A stretch of 64,000 nt of DNA from positions 372,001 to 436,000 of the forward strand of contig JAXGZF010000003.1 in assembly GCA_040771865.1 (NCBI GenBank), in the 5' to 3' direction. Positions within the stretch are counted from its first letter, which is position 1. The number at the start of each line of letters is the position of its first letter. The DNA comes from Desulfobacterales bacterium (GTDB lineage Bacteria; Desulfobacterota; Desulfobacteria; Desulfobacterales; UBA2245). Positions 45,528-55,910 of this stretch are shown here, piece by piece. Made by a program: the position numbers and the translations under genes. Below the pieces are notes generated by a model, which was not told the DNA's origin, ran no database searches, and was given only the letters and a program-made list of their open reading frames with translations.

Positions 45528-45962
45528 TTAATTTTCTACCGGGCTGTGACGATTCAACTCGAAATAGAGCTTCTCCAGTGTTGCAACAAAAAATGGAGGC
45601 TGCGGCGTGCTTCTGAGTTTTGCAGTTACTTTTTGCGCCTCTGTGTTTATCCCATCGCAGAATCCATCCCGAAGGCTTTTCAACAGCTGAATCAATGCGT
45701 GTCCGGCCAGAATCCTCGCGTCGTAATAAATGTTGTCGTCGGCCAGAATGCTGAGCACCTGAGAAACCAGATCTTCGGAGGGCGTTTGAATCTCTCCGAC
45801 TCGCTTCAGAACCGCTTCGCGAAGTCGCCAGTTTCCCTTGTACCGAAGTATTCGAATCAGACCCGGCTGACATTCTGCCAGTTCGCCTTTGTCCGCCAAA
45901 TCGTGAACAAGCTCCAGAACCGGCTGGTAGTCGGCAAGGTTTCCAAATGGATCTTTTTTCAT
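45528..45962 (-). CDS. HEAT-repeat-like hypothetical protein
   Basis: NWRLREAVL and DARILAGHAL helical repeat motifs; AAGGAG RBS. Confidence 0.65.
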   Translation of the reverse strand: MKKDPFGNLADYQPVLELVHDLADKGELAECQPGLIRILRYKGNWRLREAVLKRVGEIQTPSEDLVSQVLSILADDNIYYDARILAGHALIQLLKSLRDGFCDGINTEAQKVTAKLRSTPQPPFFVATLEKLYFELNRHSPVEN

Positions 45963-46033
45963 CGTGCCGCTCCTTTGCCGTGAAGCCGCTTTGAAAGAAA
46001 CTTTATCATACCGTCCGGATCCGCAGCCGGCGC

Positions 46034-46252
46034 TTATTCATTAAAATATTCCGCATATCTTTCCATCTGCGGCTTTGTCAGATGGAGATTCCGTTGCGGC
46101 TTTCTGGGATCAAATGCAATCTGAGGTCCGAAGAGCAACCGCTCAAGGCTTTTGACCTTGCCCTCAGGTGTAATGAGCAGCAGACAGGCGCCGCCGGTAT
46201 CATCGATCACGATAAAGGATTTGCCTGAAGCTTTGTTTTGGACCAGTTCCAT
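46034..46252 (-). CDS. Small hypothetical protein
   Basis: MELVQNKASGKSFIVIDD...LLITPEGKVKSLE reads as protein-like; co-oriented with neighbours. Confidence 0.5.
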   Translation of the reverse strand: MELVQNKASGKSFIVIDDTGGACLLLITPEGKVKSLERLLFGPQIAFDPRKPQRNLHLTKPQMERYAEYFNE

Positions 46253-46534
46253 AGAAAGCGACCCCCAAGAATGTTGTTTCAGTTCATCGGGCATATACGC
46301 ATACGAGACGCGCTGAACGTCAGTCAATCTCAGTCAGAGCAAGGGCGATGCCAGAATCGATATCTGTTTATAACTATCCGATATAAAAGAATATTTTGAT
46401 CGAAGGAGAGGTTCGGGCTCGTACAGAAGATGGGACAATAACGCCCTGTACTTCAGGTGAAATTGATTTAATAATCTGGAATTGCTGAGAAATTCATGGC
46501 GAGCTGAAACGCCCGGTATGGGCGTTTCTGGCAC

Positions 46535-48382
46535 TCAAGATGTGGGCATCTTCCGAAAAAGGGCTCTTCGAGATACGCCTAGCAGGGCTGCGGCCTGGGT
46601 TCGATTGCCTCTCGTCCGGCGCAACGCCTTGGAAATGAGGGATTTTTCCAATTGCTGGACCGCTTCGCGCAGTTTGAATTCTTCCGTCATGGATGCCGTT
46701 TTGAATTCCGGATCAGGCGACAGAAATTCGAGGTGGCCAAGGGTTACATATCTTTGCAGTACATTGCGCAACTCGCGGACATTGCCGGGCCATTCGTGTT
46801 CGATGAGAATGTCCATGATGCGTCCGGGAACTCTCGCAGTGCCGGAAGCAGGTTTCATCTTTCGCAGAAAATGTTCCGCCAGCAGCGGGATGTCCTGCTT
46901 CCGATGGCGCAACGGCGGCAATTGAATGAGTATCACCTGAATACGATAGAAAAAATCCGTGCGCATCTGCCCGCTGCCGACCTTATCGTTCAGAGGGGTG
47001 TTGGATGCCGAAATAAGGCGAAAATCAGCGGAAACAGTCTCCGTGCCGCCTACCGGCCGGTATCCGGCTCCTTCGAGGGCCCTCAGCAACTTGGCCTGCA
47101 TGTTGACGGTCAACTCGCCGACTTCATCCAGAAACAGGGTGCCTCCGTCGGCCATATCCAGATATCCCGGAGAATCCGCATGAGCGCTGGAGAATGCGCC
47201 TTTGCGGTGGCCGAAAAATTCCCGTTCAAATAAGGACTCCTGGATTGCGCCGCAGTTCACTGCTAAAAATCGCTTGTTTTTTCTGGAGCTGTGATCATGA
47301 ATGGCGTGAGCAACCAGTTCTTTGCCGGTGCCGGATTCGCCCAATATGGCAACGCTTGCGTCCGTAGCTGCGGCCTTGAGAATCAGCTCATACACCTCCT
47401 GCATGACCGGCGAACGGCCGATAATATCTCCGAGTCGATACCGTTCCTTCAGCGAAGACCGCAGCACGATGTTTTCATTGTTTAAAAGGTCCGCCCTGCG
47501 TTGCGCGGTCATCTGCTGTTCTTTGATTTCAGTAATATCCTTGAATGTCGACAGCAGTGCGGGCCGGCCTTTAAAGGTAATCGGGCTGTGACAAACCTGT
47601 ATCCAGAATGTCTTTTCGGGCCGGACAAGACGATGAATCTCTTCAATCCGGGTCTCAATGATCCCGTCCGGTCCTGATTGGTATAGACGTGCGATCTCAT
47701 CGGCGTTGCCCGCGGAAAGACTCCGTACCTGTCCATTGCGCACGTCATCGGCCGAAGGAATGTTGAACATTTTGCAGAAAGCCGGGTTGACATAGCAAAA
47801 TCGGGAATCTTGAACCAGGGCGACGCCTTCATCGACCTGTTCGGTCAGTATCCGATACCGCTCCTCACTTTCTTTAAGCGTTTCTTCCGAGCGTTTCAGC
47901 CATAAAACCTTGCTCAAACGCTCGCCGATCGCCCTCAACAGGCGGCCTTCTTCTTCGAGAAACGGTTCGCCGTCGACTTTCGGCGGGGCTTGAATATAAT
48001 ACACATCCACATCGCCGACGTGTTTGTCATTCAGCATGATTTTCGTGTTCTGGCGCCAGCAAGTCGCCTTGAAATTTCTGGAGAAATACTCCCGGCCATC
48101 GAGTATGATGCGTGCGCACGCGTTTTCAGGGTACTGCCAGGCGGTCGGAATCAGTTCAACAGCGCGCTGCATGATCCATGACAGGGAAACATCCTGATTT
48201 TCGAAAAGGTTGGATATGCCGTACAGGCAGTTCAGTTCCTTAACCCGCTCGGAAAGGGCGTTCTCCACGGAGGAAACCGGCAATGGCTTGCTGCGGTCTT
48301 TATCGGCCGGGTTTTTCTGCTGCCCGGTGCCTGTAGTTGAAACATCATTTGGATGTTCGGATTTCATTCGTGCATTTTCCAT
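46535..48382 (-). CDS. Sigma54-dependent transcriptional activator with GAF-like/PAS input, AAA+ and Fis-type HTH
   Basis: GESGTGKE, VNCGAI, GAFSSA (GAFTGA variant), LFLDEV, WPGNVREL, GNRTQAAALLG. Confidence 0.93.
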   Translation of the reverse strand: MENARMKSEHPNDVSTTGTGQQKNPADKDRSKPLPVSSVENALSERVKELNCLYGISNLFENQDVSLSWIMQRAVELIPTAWQYPENACARIILDGREYFSRNFKATCWRQNTKIMLNDKHVGDVDVYYIQAPPKVDGEPFLEEEGRLLRAIGERLSKVLWLKRSEETLKESEERYRILTEQVDEGVALVQDSRFCYVNPAFCKMFNIPSADDVRNGQVRSLSAGNADEIARLYQSGPDGIIETRIEEIHRLVRPEKTFWIQVCHSPITFKGRPALLSTFKDITEIKEQQMTAQRRADLLNNENIVLRSSLKERYRLGDIIGRSPVMQEVYELILKAAATDASVAILGESGTGKELVAHAIHDHSSRKNKRFLAVNCGAIQESLFEREFFGHRKGAFSSAHADSPGYLDMADGGTLFLDEVGELTVNMQAKLLRALEGAGYRPVGGTETVSADFRLISASNTPLNDKVGSGQMRTDFFYRIQVILIQLPPLRHRKQDIPLLAEHFLRKMKPASGTARVPGRIMDILIEHEWPGNVRELRNVLQRYVTLGHLEFLSPDPEFKTASMTEEFKLREAVQQLEKSLISKALRRTRGNRTQAAALLGVSRRALFRKMPTS

Positions 48383-48512
48383 CAGGAGTATTCAAAAAAT
48401 CATGTTGTACTCAAATTCAGCTCGAGCCTTATTTATTCAAAAAAGCCAGATAAAAAAAAGATTATAGAGAGTTAAGGGCTATTTGTCATCAAAATCAGTC
48501 AAACACGCCGAT

Positions 48513-49415
48513 TCAGGGCTTCGAAGAACCGGTCGTTTCAAAAGAAATCTCGTTGAAAAAACCGGATTCAAGGTCCACGCACATCAGGCGGTTTCTGAAG
48601 ACACGACCCCGGTTCAGCAGGAGCTTTACAACTTCCATGGCCTGAAGGCCGGCGATCAGGCAGGGGGTCGGCGCCGGAACTCCGAGGAAGGATTCGGCAT
48701 TTTTGGAGACGGATTTCTTTGGGGGCGTTTTTTTACCGTAAAGATGCTTCAACCCGAGGTCGCCGGGCAAGATGGTCATCACCTGGCCGGCAAAACCGGC
48801 AATGGCGCCGTGAACCATGGGGATTTCATATTTTTGAGCCGCATTCTGAAGGATCAGCCGGTCGCGAATGCTGTCCAGGGCGTCGACAACCACATCCATG
48901 CTTTTTAAAATCTCGGGTGCCGTGTTACGGTTCAACGGGCAGACAAGGGAACGGACTTCTACGGCCGGATTAATTTCCGCTGCTGCCTGGACCGCCGCAT
49001 TTGCCTTGGATTGACCTGTATTGGCCATGGTGGAAAGGGACTGCCGGTTGAGATTGGTTTCGTCAAACACATCGGGGTCCACCACGGTGATATGGCCCAC
49101 TCCGAGCCTGGCCAGCATCAGAATCAGGTGGCCTCCCAGGCCGCCGGCGCCGATCACGGCAACCCGGGACCCGGCTAGGCGAAGCTGGTCGTCAAGGGCC
49201 AATGTATCCTGGTTGCGAATATAACGATACGGCCATATGTCCAGATTCATGGCCAGAGTGTATACTGCGGCCAGGCTGCATTCAAGGTGTTCCGCAAGCG
49301 CCAGGGCCTGGTTGTCTTTGATGACATCGATTTTCCTCCCCGCAGGATCGATGATGGTTACGGCTTGTTCGATAAGCAGGCGCGTTAAATTTTCATGCGG
49401 TTTCGAATCCGTCAT
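48513..49415 (-). CDS. ThiF/MoeB/HesA-family adenylyltransferase
   Basis: VIGAGGLG, VDPDVFDETNLNRQ, K, VVDALD. Confidence 0.9.
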   Translation of the reverse strand: MTDSKPHENLTRLLIEQAVTIIDPAGRKIDVIKDNQALALAEHLECSLAAVYTLAMNLDIWPYRYIRNQDTLALDDQLRLAGSRVAVIGAGGLGGHLILMLARLGVGHITVVDPDVFDETNLNRQSLSTMANTGQSKANAAVQAAAEINPAVEVRSLVCPLNRNTAPEILKSMDVVVDALDSIRDRLILQNAAQKYEIPMVHGAIAGFAGQVMTILPGDLGLKHLYGKKTPPKKSVSKNAESFLGVPAPTPCLIAGLQAMEVVKLLLNRGRVFRNRLMCVDLESGFFNEISFETTGSSKP

Positions 49416-49512
49416 CTGTTGTTTCAAACCCTCTTGCCTGAGAGCGAATCGCATAATAAGCTTGATTTAAAATCCAGTGCGGTTCGCCTGAAGTTTTTTG
49501 TGGAGGCCTGTT

Positions 49513-49752
49513 ATGAAAATTCAAGTTCATCTGTATGCGTCCCTGACCCGGCATCTTCCGGATGAAATCAGGGGACAAGAGCCGTGGATCGAGGTTCCGG
49601 AAGGTGTTTCGGTCCGGAATCTGCTGGTGAAATGGAACGTGCCTCTGGACCAGGTCAAGCTGGTTTTCATCAACGGCATTCATGCCGAACTGGACGCCGT
49701 TCTCAGGACCGAGGACCGTCTGGGGGTTTTCCCACCCATCGGCGGCGGTTAA
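49513..49752 (+). CDS. MoaD/ThiS-family sulfur carrier
   Basis: C-terminal FPPIGGG, VFING; GGAGG RBS. Confidence 0.9.
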   Translation: MKIQVHLYASLTRHLPDEIRGQEPWIEVPEGVSVRNLLVKWNVPLDQVKLVFINGIHAELDAVLRTEDRLGVFPPIGGG

Positions 49753-50381
49753 ACCGCTATATATTCCTGATCCACAGAGGGTTCCACGAACAACTGAATC
49801 ATCCGGTTTTTCAAGTTCAGAGCGTCCAGCGCTGCCGGTGTGGATTTCCGGCCATTGATTTCCACACGCTGCAGGCCTTCGAAGAGCGTTTCCGCGCAGG
49901 TCTGAAGAACCGCTTCAAAGTCGCTGCCGGCAATTTCGATTCCGTATTTCAGGAAAAAAGGGCCGATCGTCGGTCCGGTCAGGTTAAACAGTTTTACGGT
50001 CAGACTCCCCGGCCGCAGGCCCTGACCTTTACCCGTTCCGTGAAAAGAAACCGCCTCGCGAAGACCGGCATAGAATCCGGATTTTCGAAAGGCCGCTCCG
50101 ACCAGACCGGGTAATGCGCCTGATAGAGAAAGGGTGCAGCCGTCTTCGATGATGCTTTGATGCAGATCGTCGATCGCCTTGCCGTTGAGAAAAACCGTCT
50201 GAACATGCGTTTCCAGAAGCTGTTCGTCGATATTCAGCTGATGGCGCAACAGATCGTAAATGCTGCATCCCACCTGAGCGTGAACCGCAACTCCCCTGGA
50301 CAGCAGGGAGAAAAAGCAGGAGAGACTCTGCGGTCGGACAGTCAGTCGAAGTTCGGCATGGGGAGTTTGTTTCACGGGCAT
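49749..50381 (-). CDS. Hypothetical protein downstream of AOR with an internal ubiquitin-like segment
   Basis: TVFLNGKAIDDL...IEDGCTLSLSGALPGLVG resembles a MoaD-like beta-grasp without a terminal GG. Confidence 0.65.
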   Translation of the reverse strand: MPVKQTPHAELRLTVRPQSLSCFFSLLSRGVAVHAQVGCSIYDLLRHQLNIDEQLLETHVQTVFLNGKAIDDLHQSIIEDGCTLSLSGALPGLVGAAFRKSGFYAGLREAVSFHGTGKGQGLRPGSLTVKLFNLTGPTIGPFFLKYGIEIAGSDFEAVLQTCAETLFEGLQRVEINGRKSTPAALDALNLKNRMIQLFVEPSVDQEYIAV

Positions 50382-50400
50382 TTTTCAAATACGTCAAGGG

Positions 50401-50431
50401 AAAAAGGGGGAAGTCTCCGGACTTCCCCCTT
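50401..50431 (-). terminator. Rho-independent terminator after aor
   Basis: Minus strand agggggaagtc-cgga-gacttccccc followed by ttttt. Confidence 0.8.
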
Positions 50432-50442
50432 ATTTGCGTGCT

Positions 50443-52179
50443 TTACCAGTTGAACACCTTGTCGAGCTCCTCGTCGGTCACCCTGAAGGTGACGTTGTGC
50501 GGCGGCAGAGCTTCTTTCTTGAAAAATTCGGGTAGCCGGTCGTCCTTGGCGGTGAATCCGGCCCGGGCATTGAAATTTCTTTCCGTTTTCAGCACGGTTT
50601 TTCCCAGTTCAACCACGCCGTCGGCCGTCAGATTCAGGCCGTAAAAGGCGTTGATCATATCGATCAGGGCCTGAAAGGTTTCAGGCTGGTCCAGAACGGC
50701 GAAGGCGATAAACAGACACATGCCAGTGGAATCGACAGCGGCCGTTGCGATTTGAAGGTTTCGGGACAGTTCCACCTGCCCTTCGGGTGATAGAGGGTCG
50801 ACCTTCCCGCCCACGCCCAGAATATTGGCGGTCACGGCGTATCCGGCGGTGTGATCCGCACCCATGGGGCTTGTGGCGTAGGTGACGCCGATGCCGTGCA
50901 CACCGCGGGGATCGTAGGCCGGAAGCGCCTGGCCTTTGACAACCGGCACTCTTTCAACGCCGAACACCTTGCCGGTGACCGCCGCGCCGCTTCCCAGAAT
51001 GCGTCCGAGCGGGGTCCCTTTTCCCACCTCCCTGACCAGGTTGATCGCCGCCTGGGCATCTCCGAACTTTGCGATTCCGGCCTCCATGGCCACGGCGATG
51101 GTTGCGCCCATTTCAATGGTGTCCAGTCCGAAATCGTCATCCAGGCGGTCGAGCATGGCAATGGCGTCCAGATCGTCGATGCCGCAGTTGCCGCCGTGGG
51201 CCCAGACCGTTTCGTATTCCGGCTGCTTGCTCAGATAATGGCCGTCCTTATCCATATAGATGCCGGAACACTGGATCACGCATCCCCGGTGACAGCCCTT
51301 GGTGGTTATGCCTCCGCGCTGTGTTTCCCTTTCGACCTCCGCTTCGCCGCTGATTTTGGACCCGCCTTCGAACCGTCCTTCCTTGAAGTTCCGGGTGGGG
51401 TAGGCGCCGGCCTCGTTGAGAATGTTGGTCAGCACGTTGGTGCCGTAGGCCGGAAGGGCCTGACCGGTGACGGGATGGCTTTTCAGCCCTTCGACGAATT
51501 TTTTGTTGGCGGCCTTGAATTTTTCAGGATCCCTGGGCTCGCGCATTTTCATTCCCGTGTCGTCGAGCACGATCACCTTGACTCCCTTGGAACCCATTAC
51601 GGCTCCGACGCCTCCGCGGCCGGCATGGCGGGTGGGGCGGAATTCCGTATCGGTGATTGCCACCGTGGCGGCTGAAAGCTTCATTTCTCCGGCCGGGCCG
51701 ATGGAGATGCAGGCTGCGGCTGTCTGGTATTCATGCCTGATCTTTTCAACCAGGTCGTAGTTGCCCAGCATGCGCAGGCTGTTGTCTTCAAAAATTCCAG
51801 CGCCGTTCTTGTTGATCACTACTTTATATAGGGAATCTTTTTTGGGTTTTCCCTCGATGATAATGGCCGCATATCCCAGACGGGCCAGAACCTGGGCACC
51901 CTGACCCCCTGCGTTGGCCTCCTTGATTCCTCCGGTCAGCGGGCTCTTGCATCCGACGGAAATGCGTCCGGAGTTTGCAGCGATGGTGCCGCTGAGAAGG
52001 CCCGGCGCGATGATGAGCTTGTTGTCCGAACCCAGGGGATGACACATCGGGGGAACCTCTTTTGAGACAACAGTTGAGGTCATGGCCCTGCCACCAAGGC
52101 CCGCATAGTCCCCGAGAGGGGTTTCTGTGCAGACCGGATCCGCATCCGGTCCCATATGAATCCTCAAGATCTTATCCAC
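50443..52179 (-). CDS. aor: Aldehyde:ferredoxin oxidoreductase (tungstopterin family)
   Basis: KSPLTGGIKEANAGG, AGRGGVGAVMGSKG, GCHRGCVIQC, EYET, DDFGLDTI, PAYDPR. Confidence 0.93.
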   Translation of the reverse strand: MDKILRIHMGPDADPVCTETPLGDYAGLGGRAMTSTVVSKEVPPMCHPLGSDNKLIIAPGLLSGTIAANSGRISVGCKSPLTGGIKEANAGGQGAQVLARLGYAAIIIEGKPKKDSLYKVVINKNGAGIFEDNSLRMLGNYDLVEKIRHEYQTAAACISIGPAGEMKLSAATVAITDTEFRPTRHAGRGGVGAVMGSKGVKVIVLDDTGMKMREPRDPEKFKAANKKFVEGLKSHPVTGQALPAYGTNVLTNILNEAGAYPTRNFKEGRFEGGSKISGEAEVERETQRGGITTKGCHRGCVIQCSGIYMDKDGHYLSKQPEYETVWAHGGNCGIDDLDAIAMLDRLDDDFGLDTIEMGATIAVAMEAGIAKFGDAQAAINLVREVGKGTPLGRILGSGAAVTGKVFGVERVPVVKGQALPAYDPRGVHGIGVTYATSPMGADHTAGYAVTANILGVGGKVDPLSPEGQVELSRNLQIATAAVDSTGMCLFIAFAVLDQPETFQALIDMINAFYGLNLTADGVVELGKTVLKTERNFNARAGFTAKDDRLPEFFKKEALPPHNVTFRVTDEELDKVFNW

Positions 52180-52485
52180 GGCGAACCTCCTTGTTTTGAA
52201 TAACCGGTTTTACAGCTGTGTGTTATGGTTAAATGGTAGATAATAATTTACTGATAGAAAACCGTACTCCAAAATCCATCGATCGGGTTGCGGCTGCCGG
52301 TTGAAAAAACGATCATGAGCGAGAAATGACGTTCCCGCGACCTGAGAATATTTTATTGAATGATATTTAGTTGATAAATGAATTATGTTAAATATAACAT
52401 TTTTTTTAATAAAAGAAAGTTTGATTTTGAGTCAAGGCATCCGGACGGCGAACTCGCATGTGTTTGTTTCCGGAAAAAACGGGGA

Positions 52486-53820
52486 ATGGATAATTCAGAA
52501 CGATTTCGAGCCTGTTTTTCAGATAACATGAACTGGCTTCTGTCCTTTGTCTACCTCCCGCAGATTCACTTTCGCATCGATCTGAACGGACGCCTGGATG
52601 AGATGCGCCTGCTGGAAGCCCTTGAACTTGCGGTTCGCGCGACCCCGGTTCTCAGCTGCCGCTATGTCGAGCACAGGATACGCCCTTACTGGGAGCTGAA
52701 TCCTGAAGTAGATTGCCGGAGGGAGGATGTTTTTTGCATCCGCCAGGTGGACGAAGCCCGTTTTCAGGGCGTTCTGCATGATTTTCTTTCCACCCGGATT
52801 TCTGAACAACTCGGCCCGCAATTCAAGGTCATGGTGCTCCGCACCGCTTCAACCGACAGCCTGATTCTGAAATTAAACCACCAGGTGGCCGATGCCTGCG
52901 CGGTAAAAGAATTCGGTTATCTGCTGGCTTTCTTGTACGACAGGCTTAAAACCTGCCCGCAATTCCAGCCGCAGGTCGATTGCAGAAGCAGAAGCCTGCG
53001 GCAGGTGTTCGGCCCGTTTTCGGCCGGCCGGCTGCTGCGGGTGGCTGCCCGGCATGTGGCGGAAACCCTGGATAATTTCCATCCTTCAAAAAATCTTTAT
53101 TTTCCGGTGTCTGGAACATTTGGTGGCGCTTTCCGATGGGTTTTCAAACGCTTCGATCAGGTTCGGGTCCGTGCGGTGAAGACGTACTGCATCCAGACCC
53201 GGGCCACGGTAAACGACGTGATGACGACGGCTCTGGTCCGGGCCTGGTCCGAACTTGGAACATGGCCGGAAAACGGTGTCATGCGCGTGGTCGGAACCGT
53301 GGACCTTCGCCGGCATCTTCCGGATTCATGTTCTGCGGGGCTGTGCAACCTGAGTTCGTTTTACTTTCTGAATCTGGGCAAAGACCCAGGTGACGATTTT
53401 TGCCAGACCCTGAAACGTGTGAAAACCCGAATGGACGCCCTGAAGTCAAAGGATATCGGGCTTGGCTTCATTCTGGGCAACTGGCTGTTTACGGGGTGCC
53501 TTCCCTTTGCGCTGCAAAAATTCTGGGTTCGAAAAGTGATGTTCAGGCTGATGCATATCGGCCATGTGCCGCCCGTTATGACCAACATGGGAGAAATCGA
53601 TGAGAGACGTCTGGATTTCGGAAATCCTGGTGTCGCCGCGGCGGAGCTGATTGCCCCGCCCTGTTATCCGCCATTTTTCGGAGCGGGCCTTTCCGGCTTT
53701 CGGAATTGTCTTTCCCTGAGCGCCGGAGGAAGTACCGCATCTGATTTTGTTGATCGAACGCAGGCGTTGTTTGACTGCGTTGACCGGGAGCTTTTGCTTG
53801 AAATCCCCAAAATGCGGTGA
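52486..53820 (+). CDS. Stand-alone condensation-domain/CoA-dependent acyltransferase
   Basis: NHQVADA (HxxxD) motif, ATVNDV, VDLRRHL, TNMG. Confidence 0.78.
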   Translation: MDNSERFRACFSDNMNWLLSFVYLPQIHFRIDLNGRLDEMRLLEALELAVRATPVLSCRYVEHRIRPYWELNPEVDCRREDVFCIRQVDEARFQGVLHDFLSTRISEQLGPQFKVMVLRTASTDSLILKLNHQVADACAVKEFGYLLAFLYDRLKTCPQFQPQVDCRSRSLRQVFGPFSAGRLLRVAARHVAETLDNFHPSKNLYFPVSGTFGGAFRWVFKRFDQVRVRAVKTYCIQTRATVNDVMTTALVRAWSELGTWPENGVMRVVGTVDLRRHLPDSCSAGLCNLSSFYFLNLGKDPGDDFCQTLKRVKTRMDALKSKDIGLGFILGNWLFTGCLPFALQKFWVRKVMFRLMHIGHVPPVMTNMGEIDERRLDFGNPGVAAAELIAPPCYPPFFGAGLSGFRNCLSLSAGGSTASDFVDRTQALFDCVDRELLLEIPKMR

Positions 53821-53868
53821 TAGGGGTTTTGATCAGGGAAAAACACAGGTCGGCGATGGAAGTTCCGC

Positions 53869-54603
53869 ATGTATCCGGTTCTGATAGTTAAAACAGGCAC
53901 AACCTTTGCCGGAATTCGAAAAACCTTCGGGGATTTCGAGGACTGGATTCTGCGCGGCATGGGCTGCAGCAGCCAGAACGCCAGAGTTGTTGACGTCTGC
54001 CTGGGCGAATCGGTGCCGGAAGGTAAATTTTCCGGCGTGGTGATTTCCGGTTCTCATGCCATGGTGACGGATCGGGAGCCCTGGAACCAGCGTCTCGTGC
54101 CCTGGATTTGCCGATGGATCGACAACCGTATGCCAATGCTGGGCGTATGTTTCGGTCACCAGCTCCTGGCGCATGCCATGGGCGGCACGGTGGGAGAGCA
54201 TTCAGGAGGGCCTGAGATCGGAACGGTTCGAATCTCAATCCGGCCCGAAGCAGTTTCTGATTTTCTGCTGGTCGACCATCCTTCGGAATTCAGCGCGCAT
54301 GTCACGCACTGGCAGACCGTGCTTCGACTGCCTGCCAAAGCGGTCTGTCTTGCGGAAAGTGATATTGAACCGCATCATATGTTTCGAATCGGACCCTGCG
54401 CCTGGGGAGTTCAATTTCATCCGGAATTTTGTGAAGAGGTCATGAGGGCTTATGTGGATGCCCAGGCTGATGCAATGGCGGCAAAAGGTCTTGATGCCGA
54501 CGCTGTTCGCGCAGGAGTGCGGCCGACTCCGGATTCGGCCCGGTTGTTGAGCCTTTTTTACCAGTTCGTCCGGTTCCGCAGCCCTCGGGCAACTGACCGG
54601 TGA
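53869..54603 (+). CDS. Class I glutamine amidotransferase
   Basis: ISGSHAMV, LGVCFGHQ (Cys nucleophile), QFHPE. Confidence 0.9.
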   Translation: MYPVLIVKTGTTFAGIRKTFGDFEDWILRGMGCSSQNARVVDVCLGESVPEGKFSGVVISGSHAMVTDREPWNQRLVPWICRWIDNRMPMLGVCFGHQLLAHAMGGTVGEHSGGPEIGTVRISIRPEAVSDFLLVDHPSEFSAHVTHWQTVLRLPAKAVCLAESDIEPHHMFRIGPCAWGVQFHPEFCEEVMRAYVDAQADAMAAKGLDADAVRAGVRPTPDSARLLSLFYQFVRFRSPRATDR

Positions 54604-54734
54604 TTCTCGGCAAATCACATGATATATGAAAGGTGATCCGAGTTTTTGAATTCATTTTTCGATGTGCCCGGCTTCAGGAAGATATTTCCTGACGACCTTT
54701 TCGATAAACGATATTTCTGATTCATGCGGTTTTT

Positions 54735-55910
54735 ATGAAATTTAACGGCATTATCGACCGATATATCATCCGCGAGTTGATTCCGCCCTTTTTCGTCAAT
54801 GTGGTATTTTTTACCTTCGTATTTCTGATGACCCGGCTGCTGGACATCACCAAACTGGTCGTCAACTATCAGGTCGGTCTCTGGGATGTCGCGCGGATGC
54901 TGTTCTATTCCATGCCGTTTTTCTTTGAATTCGTGATTCCGATGTCGGTGATGATCGCCGTGCTGTTGACCTTCCTGCGGCTTTCCAACGACAACGAGAT
55001 TGTGGCCCTCAAGGGCGGGGGCATGAGCATTTACCGGCTGGCGGCGCCGGTGATGATTTTTGCCCTGGCCGGTTGCCTTCTCACCGCTTTCATGACTGTT
55101 TATGTCCATCCCTGGGGACGGCTGGCGTTCAGGAACCTGCTGGTTGAGGCCGCCGGATCCAGTCTGGACGCCGGATTGAAACAGCGCACTTTCATGGATG
55201 ATTTCGCTGGAGTTATGCTTTATGTCAACCGTATCGATCTGAAGGAAAGACTCTTGATCGACGTGTTTATCGAAGACCGGCGCAATCCCGACACGGTCGC
55301 CACGGTGGTCGCTCCCCGAGGACAATTCGTGGCGGATTCGAAGACTCAAACCTTTCATCTCCGTTTATTCAACGGCAGCATCAACCGAACGGATATCAAG
55401 GCCCGATCGGTCGACGTCGTTGATTTCGACAGCTACGACATGCGTCTGGAAATGGAAAGAATGCTTCCCGGAACCGGGGGCGACAAGCATAGAAAGGAAA
55501 TGACGCTTTCCGAGCTGAGACAGTTTATCGAGACCCGCCTGAAGAAAGACGACCGGTATTACCTGGCGCTCATGGAGTTTCACAAGAAATTTTCCCTTTC
55601 CTTTGCCTGCTTTCCCCTCGGCCTTTTGGCCATACCCCTGGGAATTCATTCGCGAATGCGTCGAAAATTCTGGGGCATCGGGCTGGGCCTGTTTTTTTTC
55701 CTGCTGTATTATATGATGCTGTCCGCTGGCTGGGTTTTCGGGGAAGCCGGAATCTACCCGCCGGGCGTGGGCATGTGGGCGCCCAATGTGGTGATGGGAG
55801 GCGTCGGCCTGTTTCTGCTGGTTCGAGCGGCCAGAGAACGCTACTTCGAGATGGACGCCATGATCGGCCGCATCAAACAGATGAAGTCAAGGTGGTTGCG
55901 ATGCCGATAA
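54735..55910 (+). CDS. lptF: LPS export ABC permease LptF
   Basis: IDRYIIRE, LRLSNDNEIVALKGGG, multi-TM; first of an LptF/G pair. Confidence 0.9.
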   Translation: MKFNGIIDRYIIRELIPPFFVNVVFFTFVFLMTRLLDITKLVVNYQVGLWDVARMLFYSMPFFFEFVIPMSVMIAVLLTFLRLSNDNEIVALKGGGMSIYRLAAPVMIFALAGCLLTAFMTVYVHPWGRLAFRNLLVEAAGSSLDAGLKQRTFMDDFAGVMLYVNRIDLKERLLIDVFIEDRRNPDTVATVVAPRGQFVADSKTQTFHLRLFNGSINRTDIKARSVDVVDFDSYDMRLEMERMLPGTGGDKHRKEMTLSELRQFIETRLKKDDRYYLALMEFHKKFSLSFACFPLGLLAIPLGIHSRMRRKFWGIGLGLFFFLLYYMMLSAGWVFGEAGIYPPGVGMWAPNVVMGGVGLFLLVRAARERYFEMDAMIGRIKQMKSRWLRCR

